64,000 nucleotides of DNA from Nitrospirota bacterium (GCA_963701855.1 CAVPBK010000006.1:896001-960000), one strand, 5' to 3'; shown: positions 27,870 through 37,740, numbered from the stretch's first letter. Notes: generated from the letters alone by a model not told the origin. A program made the numbers and translations.

Positions 27870-30371
27870 ATGGCTACGAAGAAAAATGAATCGGAAAAGA
27901 TTGAGACATCTTCATCAGCAGGCGGGTCAGCCGAAAACTTTGAAAAGCTGGGCGTCTTTTATCTCGGCCGGCCGTACAATCTCGTAACCAAGCAAGCGAA
28001 GCCAGGCTGGCTGCTCTACGATTCTAAAGACCTCGTCACTCATGCCGTCTGCGTCGGCATGACCGGCAGCGGTAAGACTGGCCTCTGCATTGGGCTGCTC
28101 GAAGAGGCGGCGATTGATGGGATCCCTGCGCTGATCATTGATCCCAAGGGGGATCTTGCCAATCTGATGCTGAACTTTCCGCAGTTGCGGGGGGAAGATT
28201 TTGCGCCGTGGGTCAATGAGGATGATGCCCGCAAGAAGGGACTCTCGCCTGCTGACTATGCAACACAGCAAGCCGAGATGTGGAAGAAAGGCTTGGGGGA
28301 TTGGGGACAGAGCGGCGAGCGGATTCAGAAGCTCCATGATGCCGCCGATGTCGTCGTCTATACGCCTGGCAGCAACGCAGGCATTCCGGTCTCTATCCTC
28401 AAATCCTTTTCGGCACCGTCGCAGGAAATTCTGGACGATTCAGAGATGCTACGCGAGCGGATCGGCACGACGGTGACAAGCCTGTTGGGTTTCGTCGGCG
28501 TCGAGGCCGATCCAATCAAGAGTCGCGAACATATTTTTCTCTCGACCATTCTGGATCGCACCTGGAAAGCTGGACAGGATCTCGATCTTGCGACGTTGAT
28601 CCAGCAGATCCAGACACCGCCGGTTGCCAAGATTGGCGTGCTGGATCTGGATTCATTCTATCCCTCGAAGGAACGCTTTGCCCTTGCCATGCAGTTAAAT
28701 AACTTATTAGCTTCACCGGGATTTTCCGACTGGTTAGAAGGCGAAGCCCTTGATGTCGGCCAGATGCTCCATTCGCCAGGAGGGAAACCGCGGCTCGCCA
28801 TTTTCTCGATCGCGCACCTCAACGATGCCGAGCGGATGTTCTTTGTCACGTTGCTGTTAAGCCAAACGCTCGGCTGGGTAAGAGCACAGTCCGGTACGAC
28901 CAGCCTCCGCGCCATCCTCTACATGGACGAGATCTTCGGTTATTTCCCGCCGGTCGCCAATCCGCCGTCGAAGCAGCCGTTACTGACGTTACTCAAGCAG
29001 TCCCGCGCGTTCGGTTTGGGCGTGGTGTTGGCGACACAGAACCCCGTTGATCTGGATTACAAAGGCTTAGCGAATACCGGTACCTGGTTCATTGGACGAC
29101 TGCAAACCGAACGAGACAAGGCTCGCGTGTTGGAAGGACTGGAAGGCGCATCGGCAAATTCTGGTAAGAAGTTCGATAAACAGGGGATGGAACAGCTTCT
29201 CGCTGGCCTCGGTAATCGTGTCTTTCTCATGAACAATGTCCACGAGGATGCGCCGGAAGTTTTTCAGACAAGGTGGACGCTGTCCTACCTTCGAGGGCCA
29301 CTGACGCGGTCGCAGATCAAGACGCTGGTGGACCCAGTGAAGCGTGAAACGTTAAGCGTGAAACGTGAAACGTCTGCCACCTCTCGCTCAGCACTCAGCA
29401 CTCAGTCCTCAGCACTACAAGCTCGTCCCATGCTCCCCCCCGATGTGCCACAGCATTTTATCCCCGTCCAAGGAAGCCAACCGAACGGCACTGCCTTGAT
29501 CTATCAGCCGATGTTGCTCGGAGCTTCGCAGGTGCGCGTATCAGACAACAAGGCCGGCGTCGATGTGACGCAGGATGTGACCGTGCTTGCGCCGATCTCG
29601 GAGGGTGCGGTGGCGGTGGACTGGGATCGTGCCATGGAAGCGGACTTGGCCGTGGCTGATCTGGAGTCAACGCCCTCAGACGGTGCGCAGTTCGGCGTAG
29701 TTCCCGGCACGGCAAGCAAGGCAAAAAGTTATGAGATATGGAACAAAGACTTTTCTGGTTGGTTGTTCAGAAATCAGAAAGTCGATCTCTTCAAGAGCCC
29801 CAGCACGAAAGAAGTCTCGAAACCTGGCGAGTCAGAGAGGGACTTCCGTGTGCGGTTGCAACAAACCGGACGTGAAGCCAGGGACAAACAATCGGACAGG
29901 CTGCGTCAAAAGTACGCGCCGAAGATTACCGCCTTGCAAGACCGGATCAGGCGAGCCGGGCAAATGGTCGAGCGGCAGCAAGCAGAGTCTCGATCGAGTC
30001 AAATGCAGATGGCCATTTCGGTTGGTGCTTCAATTCTAGGGGCGTTTCTCGGAAGAAAAACTGTCAGCGTCGCAAACATCGGCCGGGCAACAACGGCGAT
30101 TCGTGGAGCTGGGCGTGCAATCAAAGAATCGAAAGACGTGGGGCAAGCCGAAGAAAACGTCTCGGCGCTGCAGCAACAATTGATCGACCTCGAAGCACAG
30201 TTCAAAACGGAAACTGATGTGCTGGCCGCCGCAACCGATCCCCTCAACGAGAGATTCGAAACCATTTCTCTCAAACCTACCAAAGCCAACATCGCGGTGA
30301 AACTTGTGGCCCTCGCCTGGACGCCGCACTGGCAGAACGCAAAGGGTGTATTGGCTCCGGCCTGGCAATAG
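27870..30371 (+). CDS. HerA/DUF87-like P-loop ATPase with a coiled-coil tail
   Basis: GMTGSGKT, IIDPKGD, LYMDE, LATQNP; AAGGAG RBS before ATG 27870. Confidence 0.88.
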   Translation: MATKKNESEKIETSSSAGGSAENFEKLGVFYLGRPYNLVTKQAKPGWLLYDSKDLVTHAVCVGMTGSGKTGLCIGLLEEAAIDGIPALIIDPKGDLANLMLNFPQLRGEDFAPWVNEDDARKKGLSPADYATQQAEMWKKGLGDWGQSGERIQKLHDAADVVVYTPGSNAGIPVSILKSFSAPSQEILDDSEMLRERIGTTVTSLLGFVGVEADPIKSREHIFLSTILDRTWKAGQDLDLATLIQQIQTPPVAKIGVLDLDSFYPSKERFALAMQLNNLLASPGFSDWLEGEALDVGQMLHSPGGKPRLAIFSIAHLNDAERMFFVTLLLSQTLGWVRAQSGTTSLRAILYMDEIFGYFPPVANPPSKQPLLTLLKQSRAFGLGVVLATQNPVDLDYKGLANTGTWFIGRLQTERDKARVLEGLEGASANSGKKFDKQGMEQLLAGLGNRVFLMNNVHEDAPEVFQTRWTLSYLRGPLTRSQIKTLVDPVKRETLSVKRETSATSRSALSTQSSALQARPMLPPDVPQHFIPVQGSQPNGTALIYQPMLLGASQVRVSDNKAGVDVTQDVTVLAPISEGAVAVDWDRAMEADLAVADLESTPSDGAQFGVVPGTASKAKSYEIWNKDFSGWLFRNQKVDLFKSPSTKEVSKPGESERDFRVRLQQTGREARDKQSDRLRQKYAPKITALQDRIRRAGQMVERQQAESRSSQMQMAISVGASILGAFLGRKTVSVANIGRATTAIRGAGRAIKESKDVGQAEENVSALQQQLIDLEAQFKTETDVLAAATDPLNERFETISLKPTKANIAVKLVALAWTPHWQNAKGVLAPAWQ

Positions 30372-30393
30372 AACCGAGTCGTGCGCGCTCGGA

Positions 30394-31512
30394 TTAACCC
30401 AAAAACCTCGACATCGCGGCGCGACCAGCTTCGATCAAGGCAGTCATCCGCTCTTCGCTCATGCCGAATTCCGTCGTCCCGTAGCCCCTCGCCGGCAGCC
30501 GACACACCTCACGACTATGCGCGTCGATGATACGCTGATCGAACGAACCCGTCATTGTATCCACTAGACGTGTGATGCGTTGAATGGTCCGGAGGCGTTT
30601 TGTGTGGGAAAGGAGGTCAGCCTTCAGGCTGTCGTCGGCTTTCGGCGTTGCCGGCTGGCCGGCGTTGGGCACCAGTAGCGTTTCATCGATCAACAAACCA
30701 AGATTGGGCGCACCGGCAGGGTCGGTATTTCCCATTACCGCGACGACATCCGGATCACTTGAGCTCAGTAGCCGGAGTGGAAAATTGGAGAGGACTCCGC
30801 CGTCGACAATGGCATGTCCGTCGAGCGTTTTCCCTTGATAGGTGCCCCAAGTTTGGTTCCAGCATACCTCCTGCCAGACGAAGGGAATGCTCATCGACAT
30901 GCGGACACCCCAGGCCACCGGGCATTGCGGGGCGGTGCGATGATTGAGCACGAGCATCTGCTGGCCGGCCGTATCGGTAGCCACCAGCGAGAGATCGCTG
31001 CCGGTTTTCTGGTTGAATTCGGTGAACGTGGCAGTGGCCAGCTTGTGAGGGCTCGCATCGAGCTTTTCGCGAATCCAGGCCAGAAAGGCGTCGCCGGCGT
31101 AGAGACCTCCACGCTCGACGAACGAAAACAATTCTCGATAGACAGGCATGTGCATCAATTGAGAAACCAACGACTTATCGATTTGGTGCTCGCCCCAGGC
31201 AGGGACGAGAGGCAGGTCCACGCGATTGAAGATTTCCTGCGTGAGACTCTTCTCAATGTCTGCAGGCAAGAATTCTTCCGCAATATCCATGAACGTTGAA
31301 AACCGAGGCTTCCCAGCGGCGGTTTTCTCCTTGGTGACCGCCAGCATCTCCGCTGACGTGTATCCTGCCGCCATCAGCGTTGCCGTGATTGCCCCCGCCG
31401 AGGTGCCAAGATACCGCCTGGCCGTATGACCGCGCCGTTCAAATTCCTGGATCGCTCCGACAAATACAGCGCCCTTCGCGCCGCCGCCTTCAAAAACGAG
31501 ATCGTATTGCAT
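30394..31512 (-). CDS. patatin-like phospholipase
   Basis: EGGGAKG, GTSAG nucleophile, SMSIP, DGG. Confidence 0.92.
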   Translation of the reverse strand: MQYDLVFEGGGAKGAVFVGAIQEFERRGHTARRYLGTSAGAITATLMAAGYTSAEMLAVTKEKTAAGKPRFSTFMDIAEEFLPADIEKSLTQEIFNRVDLPLVPAWGEHQIDKSLVSQLMHMPVYRELFSFVERGGLYAGDAFLAWIREKLDASPHKLATATFTEFNQKTGSDLSLVATDTAGQQMLVLNHRTAPQCPVAWGVRMSMSIPFVWQEVCWNQTWGTYQGKTLDGHAIVDGGVLSNFPLRLLSSSDPDVVAVMGNTDPAGAPNLGLLIDETLLVPNAGQPATPKADDSLKADLLSHTKRLRTIQRITRLVDTMTGSFDQRIIDAHSREVCRLPARGYGTTEFGMSEERMTALIEAGRAAMSRFLG

Positions 31513-31545
31513 TGTAGCCCCCTAACCAGGACGCGAGAGCGTCAG

Positions 31546-31746
31546 TTATATGCCACCGCGTATGTTTCGTGTCGGTTCAAGCGAGGTCCAGACTTTCTTA
31601 GAGCAGTTTTGTTGTATCTTCAAGGCGGCCTCACTACTTCTGAGTTGTGAGGCCGCAATCTCTCTACTTGCACAGTGGACCAGCGGTAGGTATGCCTTGG
31701 CGATGGTTTTCTCGACGACCACGCTCACTAGCGACCTCGCGTCCAT
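31546..31746 (-). CDS. small hypothetical protein or gene remnant
   Basis: 66 aa; strong AAGGAG RBS; sits between co-oriented genes. Confidence 0.4.
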   Translation of the reverse strand: MDARSLVSVVVEKTIAKAYLPLVHCASREIAASQLRSSEAALKIQQNCSKKVWTSLEPTRNIRGGI

Positions 31747-31802
31747 TTTAACTCCTTGATCGTGGCGGCTTCAGAGAATATTCCTCCTTGCGACAGAGTT
31801 GC

Positions 31803-32948
31803 TTATGGAATCGGGACAGATCCGGTCGCAACCGATGCAAATCCTGGCTCATTCAGGTCACGCTCAGAGAGAGTCGGTTGACCCCTAATGACCTGGTAGT
31901 AGCAGAACCCTTCGTGCTCGACGAGTTTTTTCGCCATCACCCCTGCGGCTGTTTCGAGCGTGGCGGCAAGCGTCTCGTTCTGGCTACCGAAGACACTTCC
32001 GCCACGCACAGCTTTTCCAACCAGCGACGTCACTGCAGCTTCAGCACGCAAGGCATCGCGGGCTACTCGGGCCAAATCCTCAAGAGGGATTGGAGGATGA
32101 TTAGCATCGAATTCAGGGTAAGGCGACTCCTGGGGGTTCGATCCCACTCGTAATGCGGTCGCACCGTGGACGGCCGGTACTCGAAAGGCCGTGTCGAATA
32201 AGGCCTCCAGGAAGATGCGCGCCAGATCGGCGCTGACACGTTGCGAGTCGACTGTGGTGGCCGACATACGGACTGAATTGGCAGGGCTCACTTCAATTTC
32301 CGCCGAGATCCCTGGAAACAGCAAGGCGTTGCCGCTTCGATCAACGAACCCTTTCGATGTCACTTTGACGACTCCGAGGAAGTCACCTCCTGATGACGCT
32401 GGTCTTGCCGCGAAACTGAGATCGCCGAAATAGGCTTTGTTGTATGCCAAAAGCATCCGAGCGAAGCGAGAGGAATCCTGTTCGAGTTGATCCTCATCCA
32501 GACCGAGATTCCCATGCCATCGTCCGATCGTTTCGATGACCTGTGTGAGTTTGTCCAAATCGATGCGCGCAGTCGCGTCATTGGTCACGTCATCGAGGAC
32601 CTTGGCGAGGAGGGCGATGGAAGTTTCCTTGTCGTGATGGCGTCGGCGAATCGTGTCGATGACGGCTGCCAGGGGAAGGACGCTTGTTGCTTGCCCCTCT
32701 GGTGTTTGTAGGGACAGGGGTTCCGATGCGGTTCCGGCATCGCGGCGCTCGTTCAATGGTTCGTCGTGGGCTTGCTTGGTGCAAGCGAGAAACTTCGTTG
32801 CGAGCTCCTTCTTGTCGGCCAACTTTTGGCGGAACCCTCCGTGATAGATATCTGGTTGATCGCGTAGTTGCAAGACTGAAGAACTACAGCCTGCTTGCAC
32901 GAGAAATATGACCAGCAGGACAAATAGGGAATGTGGTAATCGCTTCAT
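31803..32948 (-). CDS. hypothetical lipoprotein
   Basis: 381 aa; signal MKR...LVQAGC lipobox; GAGG RBS. Confidence 0.8.
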   Translation of the reverse strand: MKRLPHSLFVLLVIFLVQAGCSSSVLQLRDQPDIYHGGFRQKLADKKELATKFLACTKQAHDEPLNERRDAGTASEPLSLQTPEGQATSVLPLAAVIDTIRRRHHDKETSIALLAKVLDDVTNDATARIDLDKLTQVIETIGRWHGNLGLDEDQLEQDSSRFARMLLAYNKAYFGDLSFAARPASSGGDFLGVVKVTSKGFVDRSGNALLFPGISAEIEVSPANSVRMSATTVDSQRVSADLARIFLEALFDTAFRVPAVHGATALRVGSNPQESPYPEFDANHPPIPLEDLARVARDALRAEAAVTSLVGKAVRGGSVFGSQNETLAATLETAAGVMAKKLVEHEGFCYYQVIRGQPTLSERDLNEPGFASVATGSVPIP

Positions 32949-33042
32949 CGTTGCCTCGTGGAGGTAGATAGGCTGAAGGCTATTAGGGGGCAGAAACCAA
33001 CTTCAGCTTTCAGCCTGAACACCTGGGCATTGGCACATTGGG

Positions 33043-33606
33043 TCAATGCTTGCGTTCTTTCTGCATGATCTTGTCGGTCCAGGCCAACAGGATGGCGGAC
33101 CCCAGGAAGGTCATGTGAATAAAGATCTTCCACTTGATGTGTTCGGGGTCTTCGTGTTCGATATCGACGAACGCTTTGAGAAGATGAATGCTGGAAATAC
33201 CGATCAATGAGGCTGCAAGTTTAATCTTGATGGTGCCGGGATCGATGTGCGTCAGCCATTCCGGTCGATCGGCATGCCCCTCTAAATCCAATTTGCTCAC
33301 GAAGGTAGCGTAGCCACCGATGATCACCATCGTGAGCAAGTTCGCCACCATCGTGACGTCAATCAGCCCCAGGACGCCAAGCATGAAGACGGTTTCATGT
33401 TGTTGATTGATGTGCCAAACCATCTCCCACAGTTCGACGAGAAATTTGTACGCGTACAGCAGCTCGGCCACGATCAAGCCGCCATAGAGCGGAGCTTGAA
33501 TCCACCGACTGGCGAACACGACGGTTTCAAACAGGTGCTCAACGCGGTTAATGGGAGCGTGTGCGTGCTTCACTGGGGCGGGTTCTGAATGATCAGGATG
33601 ACTCAC
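33043..33606 (-). CDS. UPF0114/TIGR00645-family membrane protein
   Basis: FASRWIQAPLYGGL, LIDVTMVANLL.MVIIGGY.TFVS, KLAASLIGISSIHLL. Confidence 0.9.
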   Translation of the reverse strand: MSHPDHSEPAPVKHAHAPINRVEHLFETVVFASRWIQAPLYGGLIVAELLYAYKFLVELWEMVWHINQQHETVFMLGVLGLIDVTMVANLLTMVIIGGYATFVSKLDLEGHADRPEWLTHIDPGTIKIKLAASLIGISSIHLLKAFVDIEHEDPEHIKWKIFIHMTFLGSAILLAWTDKIMQKERKH

Positions 33607-33778
33607 GGCGCGCTATCCTAGTCGGCAAGAGTGGGAGCTGTCAATTTGAACAACCCTACAAGGCTGAGCAATCATCGTATGATCTTCTCTGGCATTTTCA
33701 GAAAAGGAAGCGGTCCGGCAAGCCGCTGCATCCATCGACAAGTTATTTGTAGTCCTAGCAAGCTGCGGTAGAACGATC

Positions 33779-33974
33779 GCAGGATGCTCAAAATGGCCCG
33801 ACTTCTCACCCGTCCAATCCGGGCGCGCTGAGATGCGCCTTATCCCAAGCGCGGCTGCGGCGAGCAGGTAGGCTGAGGTCAAGGTTGAGTGAAGATTCGA
33901 TGTGCTCATCTGAGCCTCAATCCTTAGCCTGAATCTCAACCTTCTCCCCGCTGGCGGATTTTTTCAGCATCCTG
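33779..33974. mobile_element. MITE-like element (CAGGATGCT...AGCATCCTG ends)
   Basis: terminal IR; left ~85 bp similar to 44886-44972; internal 6-nt periodic palindrome GCTGAG/GTCAAG/GTTGAG...CTCAAT/CTCAAC. Confidence 0.7.
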
Positions 33975-33975
33975 A

Positions 33976-34164
33976 TAGGAGCCTGTCCGGCATTGCCTTC
34001 GTGATGAGACGAAGGAGGCTCGACCAGAGGCGCGAGGCCGCAAGCCCGGAAAAACCGGAGGCGGGCTCGCTGGAATACGTTGAGGATTGTCCCTGGTCGT
34101 GAACGACGCAGATGGTCACGGATCGTTCGCCGCAGTAGAACGGTCAATGTCTAATAGGCTCCTA
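33976..34164. mobile_element. second MITE-like element (TAGGAGCCT...AGGCTCCTA ends)
   Basis: ~22-bp imperfect terminal IR, no gene; a similar solo end at 54931-54953. Confidence 0.65.
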
Positions 34165-34809
34165 ATCAACCAAATGATGGTCGAAGGCGTAGCGAATCAG
34201 TTCGGCGGTGTTCCTGAGTTGTAACTTGTCCATGAGGCGGGCTCGATAGGTACTGACTGTCTTGATGCTGAGCGTGAGGGACTTTGCAATGTGCTTGACG
34301 GACTGGCCCTGGGCTAACAATCCAAGAACTTCGAGTTCTCGCTCAGATAATGTGTGATGGTCTGGACCGATCGGGGTCTTGTTCAGGCTGCCGGCCATAT
34401 ACTCTCCAAGGGAGGCGCTGACATACATTCGGCCGGTCAGGACTTGCCTAACCGCCCTTGTCAGCTCTTCTGGCGCAGTATGTTTGGTGAGATAGGCCAT
34501 AGCCCCGGCCCGGAAGGCACGAACGGCGTATTGCTCCTCGGGATGCAGGCTCAAAACCATAAGAGGCAGTTGTGGGGCTGTGCTGTGCAACTCACACAGC
34601 AGCGACAATCCACTCTGATCAGGAAGGCCGATATCCACGATGGCCAGATCCCAAGGCTCCTGCTGTACCGCCGCAACCCCCTTTTGGCTGGTTTCGGCCT
34701 CTCCAACTTCGACGTAAAGGAAACTCTCCTCAAGAATCTGTTTCACACCTCGGCGCACGACCTCGTGATCGTCGATGATAAGAATTTTTACCAGCTGTGT
34801 CCCGATCAT
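34162..34809 (-). CDS. NarL/LuxR-family DNA-binding response regulator
   Basis: IIDDHEVVRRG, VDIGLPD, AYLTK, LSERELEV...LSIKTVSTYR; ATGA overlap with the kinase stop. Confidence 0.93.
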   Translation of the reverse strand: MIGTQLVKILIIDDHEVVRRGVKQILEESFLYVEVGEAETSQKGVAAVQQEPWDLAIVDIGLPDQSGLSLLCELHSTAPQLPLMVLSLHPEEQYAVRAFRAGAMAYLTKHTAPEELTRAVRQVLTGRMYVSASLGEYMAGSLNKTPIGPDHHTLSERELEVLGLLAQGQSVKHIAKSLTLSIKTVSTYRARLMDKLQLRNTAELIRYAFDHHLVD

Positions 34810-36002
34810 GAGGCAACGCACCTCCCAACCGGCACGGATGCAATGGCCTTGGTTCCGGCACCGGACGTGCCTACAATATGAAAATGGCCGCCTAGGAGAG
34901 CAACTCGCTCCCGCATTCCACGAAGCCCAAAGGAATGAAGCGGAGCCATTCTCTCGCGGGTAATCCCCTTCCCGTTGTCAGTCACTTCTAGCGTCACCCT
35001 GGTGCCGTCTTGGTACAGCCGCATGTGAACCAGAGAGGCGGAGGCGTGACGCATCACATTCGTCAGCAATTCCTGCGCGATTCGAAACAGCGCGGTAGAC
35101 GTTTCGGATGGCAGCGCGATGGATGACAAGCCCGGAGCCACATCTATCGCGCACCGTGTGCCTGTGCAATCCTGATGCCTTGTGGCGAGGCATTCCAACG
35201 CAGAAACTAATCCGAGATCGTCCAGTATCGCGGGGCGCAGGGCCGCCGCTGTCGCGTGGACGGACTCCAAGAGTGCGTCCACCGATCCCGACATGGCTTG
35301 GACTTTGTTCAGCAGCGCCTGGCCACCGATTGGAGCAGGCGATTGCACGAGTCTCCTGCCGAACCATGCCAGATCGTATTTCAATCCGGTCAAGGCCTGT
35401 CCAAACTCGTCGTGCAACTCACGTGCAATTCTGCGTCGTTCCTCTTCTATGGCTCTCTGCGCCCGGCAAGCCTCGCTACGTAATTGAGCATGGGCCAGCC
35501 GGAGTTTCTCCTCTATCCGGATATCCGGGACGACGGCAGTCCCGATGGCCATAAGGCCGATCAGACTCCCGTGAGTCCCCAGCACCCGCCTGATATTCCA
35601 GGTGAGCATCGTCTGTGATCCCGTGCGTGCCAGGAAAGGGAACTTAAGTCCCTTCACGTCGCTCCCCTCGGCGACTCGGGTGAGTTCGGTCAGGAAGGAT
35701 TCACGCACCGTGATCGGAAGGCACAGTTCCACATAGCTGCGACCCAGGGCTTCGCCGGCTATCCAACCGGAGACTGTTTCGGCTGCGCGATTCCACTCCA
35801 GAATGATGGATTCGGGCGAGAGAAACAGGATTACACTGCTGGAGGTCTCCAAAAGTGCGCGATAGCAATGATCCATCAACTCCGCTGAGCGGGTGGCCGG
35901 CGCTGGAGCACGTATTGTCCCGGCCCTGTTGCTCCTTCGCACGCCTCGACTGGGAGCCTGAGACAATGAGGCCGTGACAAATTTCGAGCGTGAGTGTTTC
36001 AT
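34806..36002 (-). CDS. cytoplasmic PAS-domain histidine kinase (HisKA_3)
   Basis: WNRAAETVSGW PAS; ERRRIARELHDEFGQ; QELLTNVMRHA, DNGKG, FGLRGMRER. Confidence 0.92.
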   Translation of the reverse strand: MKHSRSKFVTASLSQAPSRGVRRSNRAGTIRAPAPATRSAELMDHCYRALLETSSSVILFLSPESIILEWNRAAETVSGWIAGEALGRSYVELCLPITVRESFLTELTRVAEGSDVKGLKFPFLARTGSQTMLTWNIRRVLGTHGSLIGLMAIGTAVVPDIRIEEKLRLAHAQLRSEACRAQRAIEEERRRIARELHDEFGQALTGLKYDLAWFGRRLVQSPAPIGGQALLNKVQAMSGSVDALLESVHATAAALRPAILDDLGLVSALECLATRHQDCTGTRCAIDVAPGLSSIALPSETSTALFRIAQELLTNVMRHASASLVHMRLYQDGTRVTLEVTDNGKGITRERMAPLHSFGLRGMRERVALLGGHFHIVGTSGAGTKAIASVPVGRCVAS

Positions 36003-36874
36003 ATTGTCGTGAGTATCGGTTCAAGATAGATTTCAGCGGTGATGCAGGTACCTCGACCTACCTTGGATTGGATATCCAGACGACCACCGATCTTTCGAAC
36101 CCGTCCCTCCATATGCGTAAACACAATTCCCTTCGCCGGTTCGCGTTCGATGTCGAAGCCTGATCCGTCGTCGTTAATGCGCAGTTGGACTCGTGAGCCG
36201 ATGCGCCGAAGGACAATCTCAATTCGTGTGGCACGGGCGTAGCGGACACAATTGCTCAAAGCCTCTCTGGCGATCGTAACGAGTTCACGTGCTTCTTCGC
36301 CGGTCAGAATCTCCTCCGCCGCTGACTCGACCTCCACATGAATCTGTAATTTGCTCACCCGCTCAACGGTCTTGGCGAGGACCTGTAACTCGGTAATCAG
36401 CCTAAACGGATCCACACGGTCGGATTCCACACTCAGAATCATGCGTCGGATGTCTTGGATGAGCCGGTGGAGCTGGTCGGCAGCCTGATCTCTAAAGCAT
36501 GCCACAGCTAGTGGCGTCTTCTCGCGCAATCCAGGGGCTTGCTCAAGGGTCAACCCGATCGCATAGAGCGCTTGCAGCACAGATTCGTGCAATTCCCGCC
36601 CGATGCGGCTGCGATCGTGAAGCAAGGCGCTCAATCGTCGCTCGGATGCTGTGAGGGCCGTGGCAAGGCCTTGTTCAACCTCTTCATGCAGTGCGCAAGA
36701 AAGCGACTGATCATTTTCTCGGATAATCCCTGGGGCGAGAGCCGCACGCTGGTACCCCAGCTTGCCGGGAGATTGCCGAAGCCCGTCGATAATCCGGAAC
36801 CTTCGCCGATCTTTCATTGGAGTGCCCTTTCCAATCATGTAACGCGGAGTATCGTTTGGAATATTTTCTCTCAC
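35999..36874 (-). CDS. HisKA_3 histidine kinase with no recognisable sensor domain
   Basis: DRSRIGRELHES, REALSNCVRYA, DDGSGFD, GRGT; start uncertain (36874/36838/36817). Confidence 0.85.
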   Translation of the reverse strand: MRENIPNDTPRYMIGKGTPMKDRRRFRIIDGLRQSPGKLGYQRAALAPGIIRENDQSLSCALHEEVEQGLATALTASERRLSALLHDRSRIGRELHESVLQALYAIGLTLEQAPGLREKTPLAVACFRDQAADQLHRLIQDIRRMILSVESDRVDPFRLITELQVLAKTVERVSKLQIHVEVESAAEEILTGEEARELVTIAREALSNCVRYARATRIEIVLRRIGSRVQLRINDDGSGFDIEREPAKGIVFTHMEGRVRKIGGRLDIQSKVGRGTCITAEIYLEPILTTI

Positions 36875-36916
36875 GGATTCCTCAGTTTCGGATCACACCA
36901 CTAGTACGCGACTATC

Positions 36917-36960
36917 ACGTATTCCGTCACCTGGCGGAAACGCCAGGTGACGGAATACGT
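36917..36960. promoter_or_regulatory. lux-box-like operator within a 44-bp palindrome
   Basis: perfect 20-bp arms around GAAA; core 36929-36948 is ACCTG-GCGGAAACGC-CAGGT. Confidence 0.8.
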
Positions 36961-37026
36961 AGATTATGAAAAACCAGTTGCCGTAGGAAATGGTGCGAAC
37001 TTCATGCTCTGGAAAGGAGACAGCCG

Positions 37027-37740
37027 ATGCGTCGAGTGAAAGATATCGAATTCAGCGAAAATGGCTTTATCGTGAAAACGTTGCACGGTGAGCAACTGGC
37101 CCAATCCTATCGCCTCCGGCATAAAGTGTTTGCCGAGTCACTGAAGTGGGTTCCTGAGACGGATGACAGACAGGAGATGGATCTATACGATTTGTGGGGG
37201 ACAACCGTTGGCCTGGTCAGAGACGATGGAGCAGTGGTCGGGTTGGCTCGACTTCTTCCCTCTTCTGGGCAATTCATGCTCGAAAAAGAGTTCGGTGCCT
37301 TGCTCCCAGCCGGCTACCAAGTCAGAAAAAATTCAGATACTGCGGAGATCACCAGGCTTGCGGTTGATCCTGAGATCCGAGACAGAGGACTCTCGTCCAA
37401 GATAATGCTTGCGCTACTGAAAGGCGTCTATCAATGGGCCGTTGAAAACGACATTCGGTACTACTACCTTGAGGTCGAACACCGATTCTTTCGAACACTT
37501 CGAGCTCTAGGGTTTCCTTGTGAAATGATAGGAGAGCCAGTGGTGCTTCCTCCAGCTGGAGCCAGTTCCGTGGCAGCGCTGTACGACATGGTTCGATTTG
37601 ACAAAGAAAACGCCATCAAAAAACCGCAGTTACTGAACTGGATGTCCTCAATTGAGACGCTACAGGGCGATATGATTGTGGGTCGGACTTCTGCCTATTC
37701 AAACTGCGAGCAGTTGGCGGTAGTGGGTGAGGCGGCGTGA
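37027..37740 (+). CDS. luxI: acyl-homoserine-lactone synthase (LuxI family)
   Basis: YRLRHKVFAESLKW, EMDLYD, GLARLLPS, MLEKEF, EITRLAV; AAGGAG RBS. Confidence 0.92.
   Translation: MRRVKDIEFSENGFIVKTLHGEQLAQSYRLRHKVFAESLKWVPETDDRQEMDLYDLWGTTVGLVRDDGAVVGLARLLPSSGQFMLEKEFGALLPAGYQVRKNSDTAEITRLAVDPEIRDRGLSSKIMLALLKGVYQWAVENDIRYYYLEVEHRFFRTLRALGFPCEMIGEPVVLPPAGASSVAALYDMVRFDKENAIKKPQLLNWMSSIETLQGDMIVGRTSAYSNCEQLAVVGEAA

Noticed and set aside
30394..31512. Patatin as a CBASS CapV effector
   Set aside because: No CD-NTase or cap genes nearby
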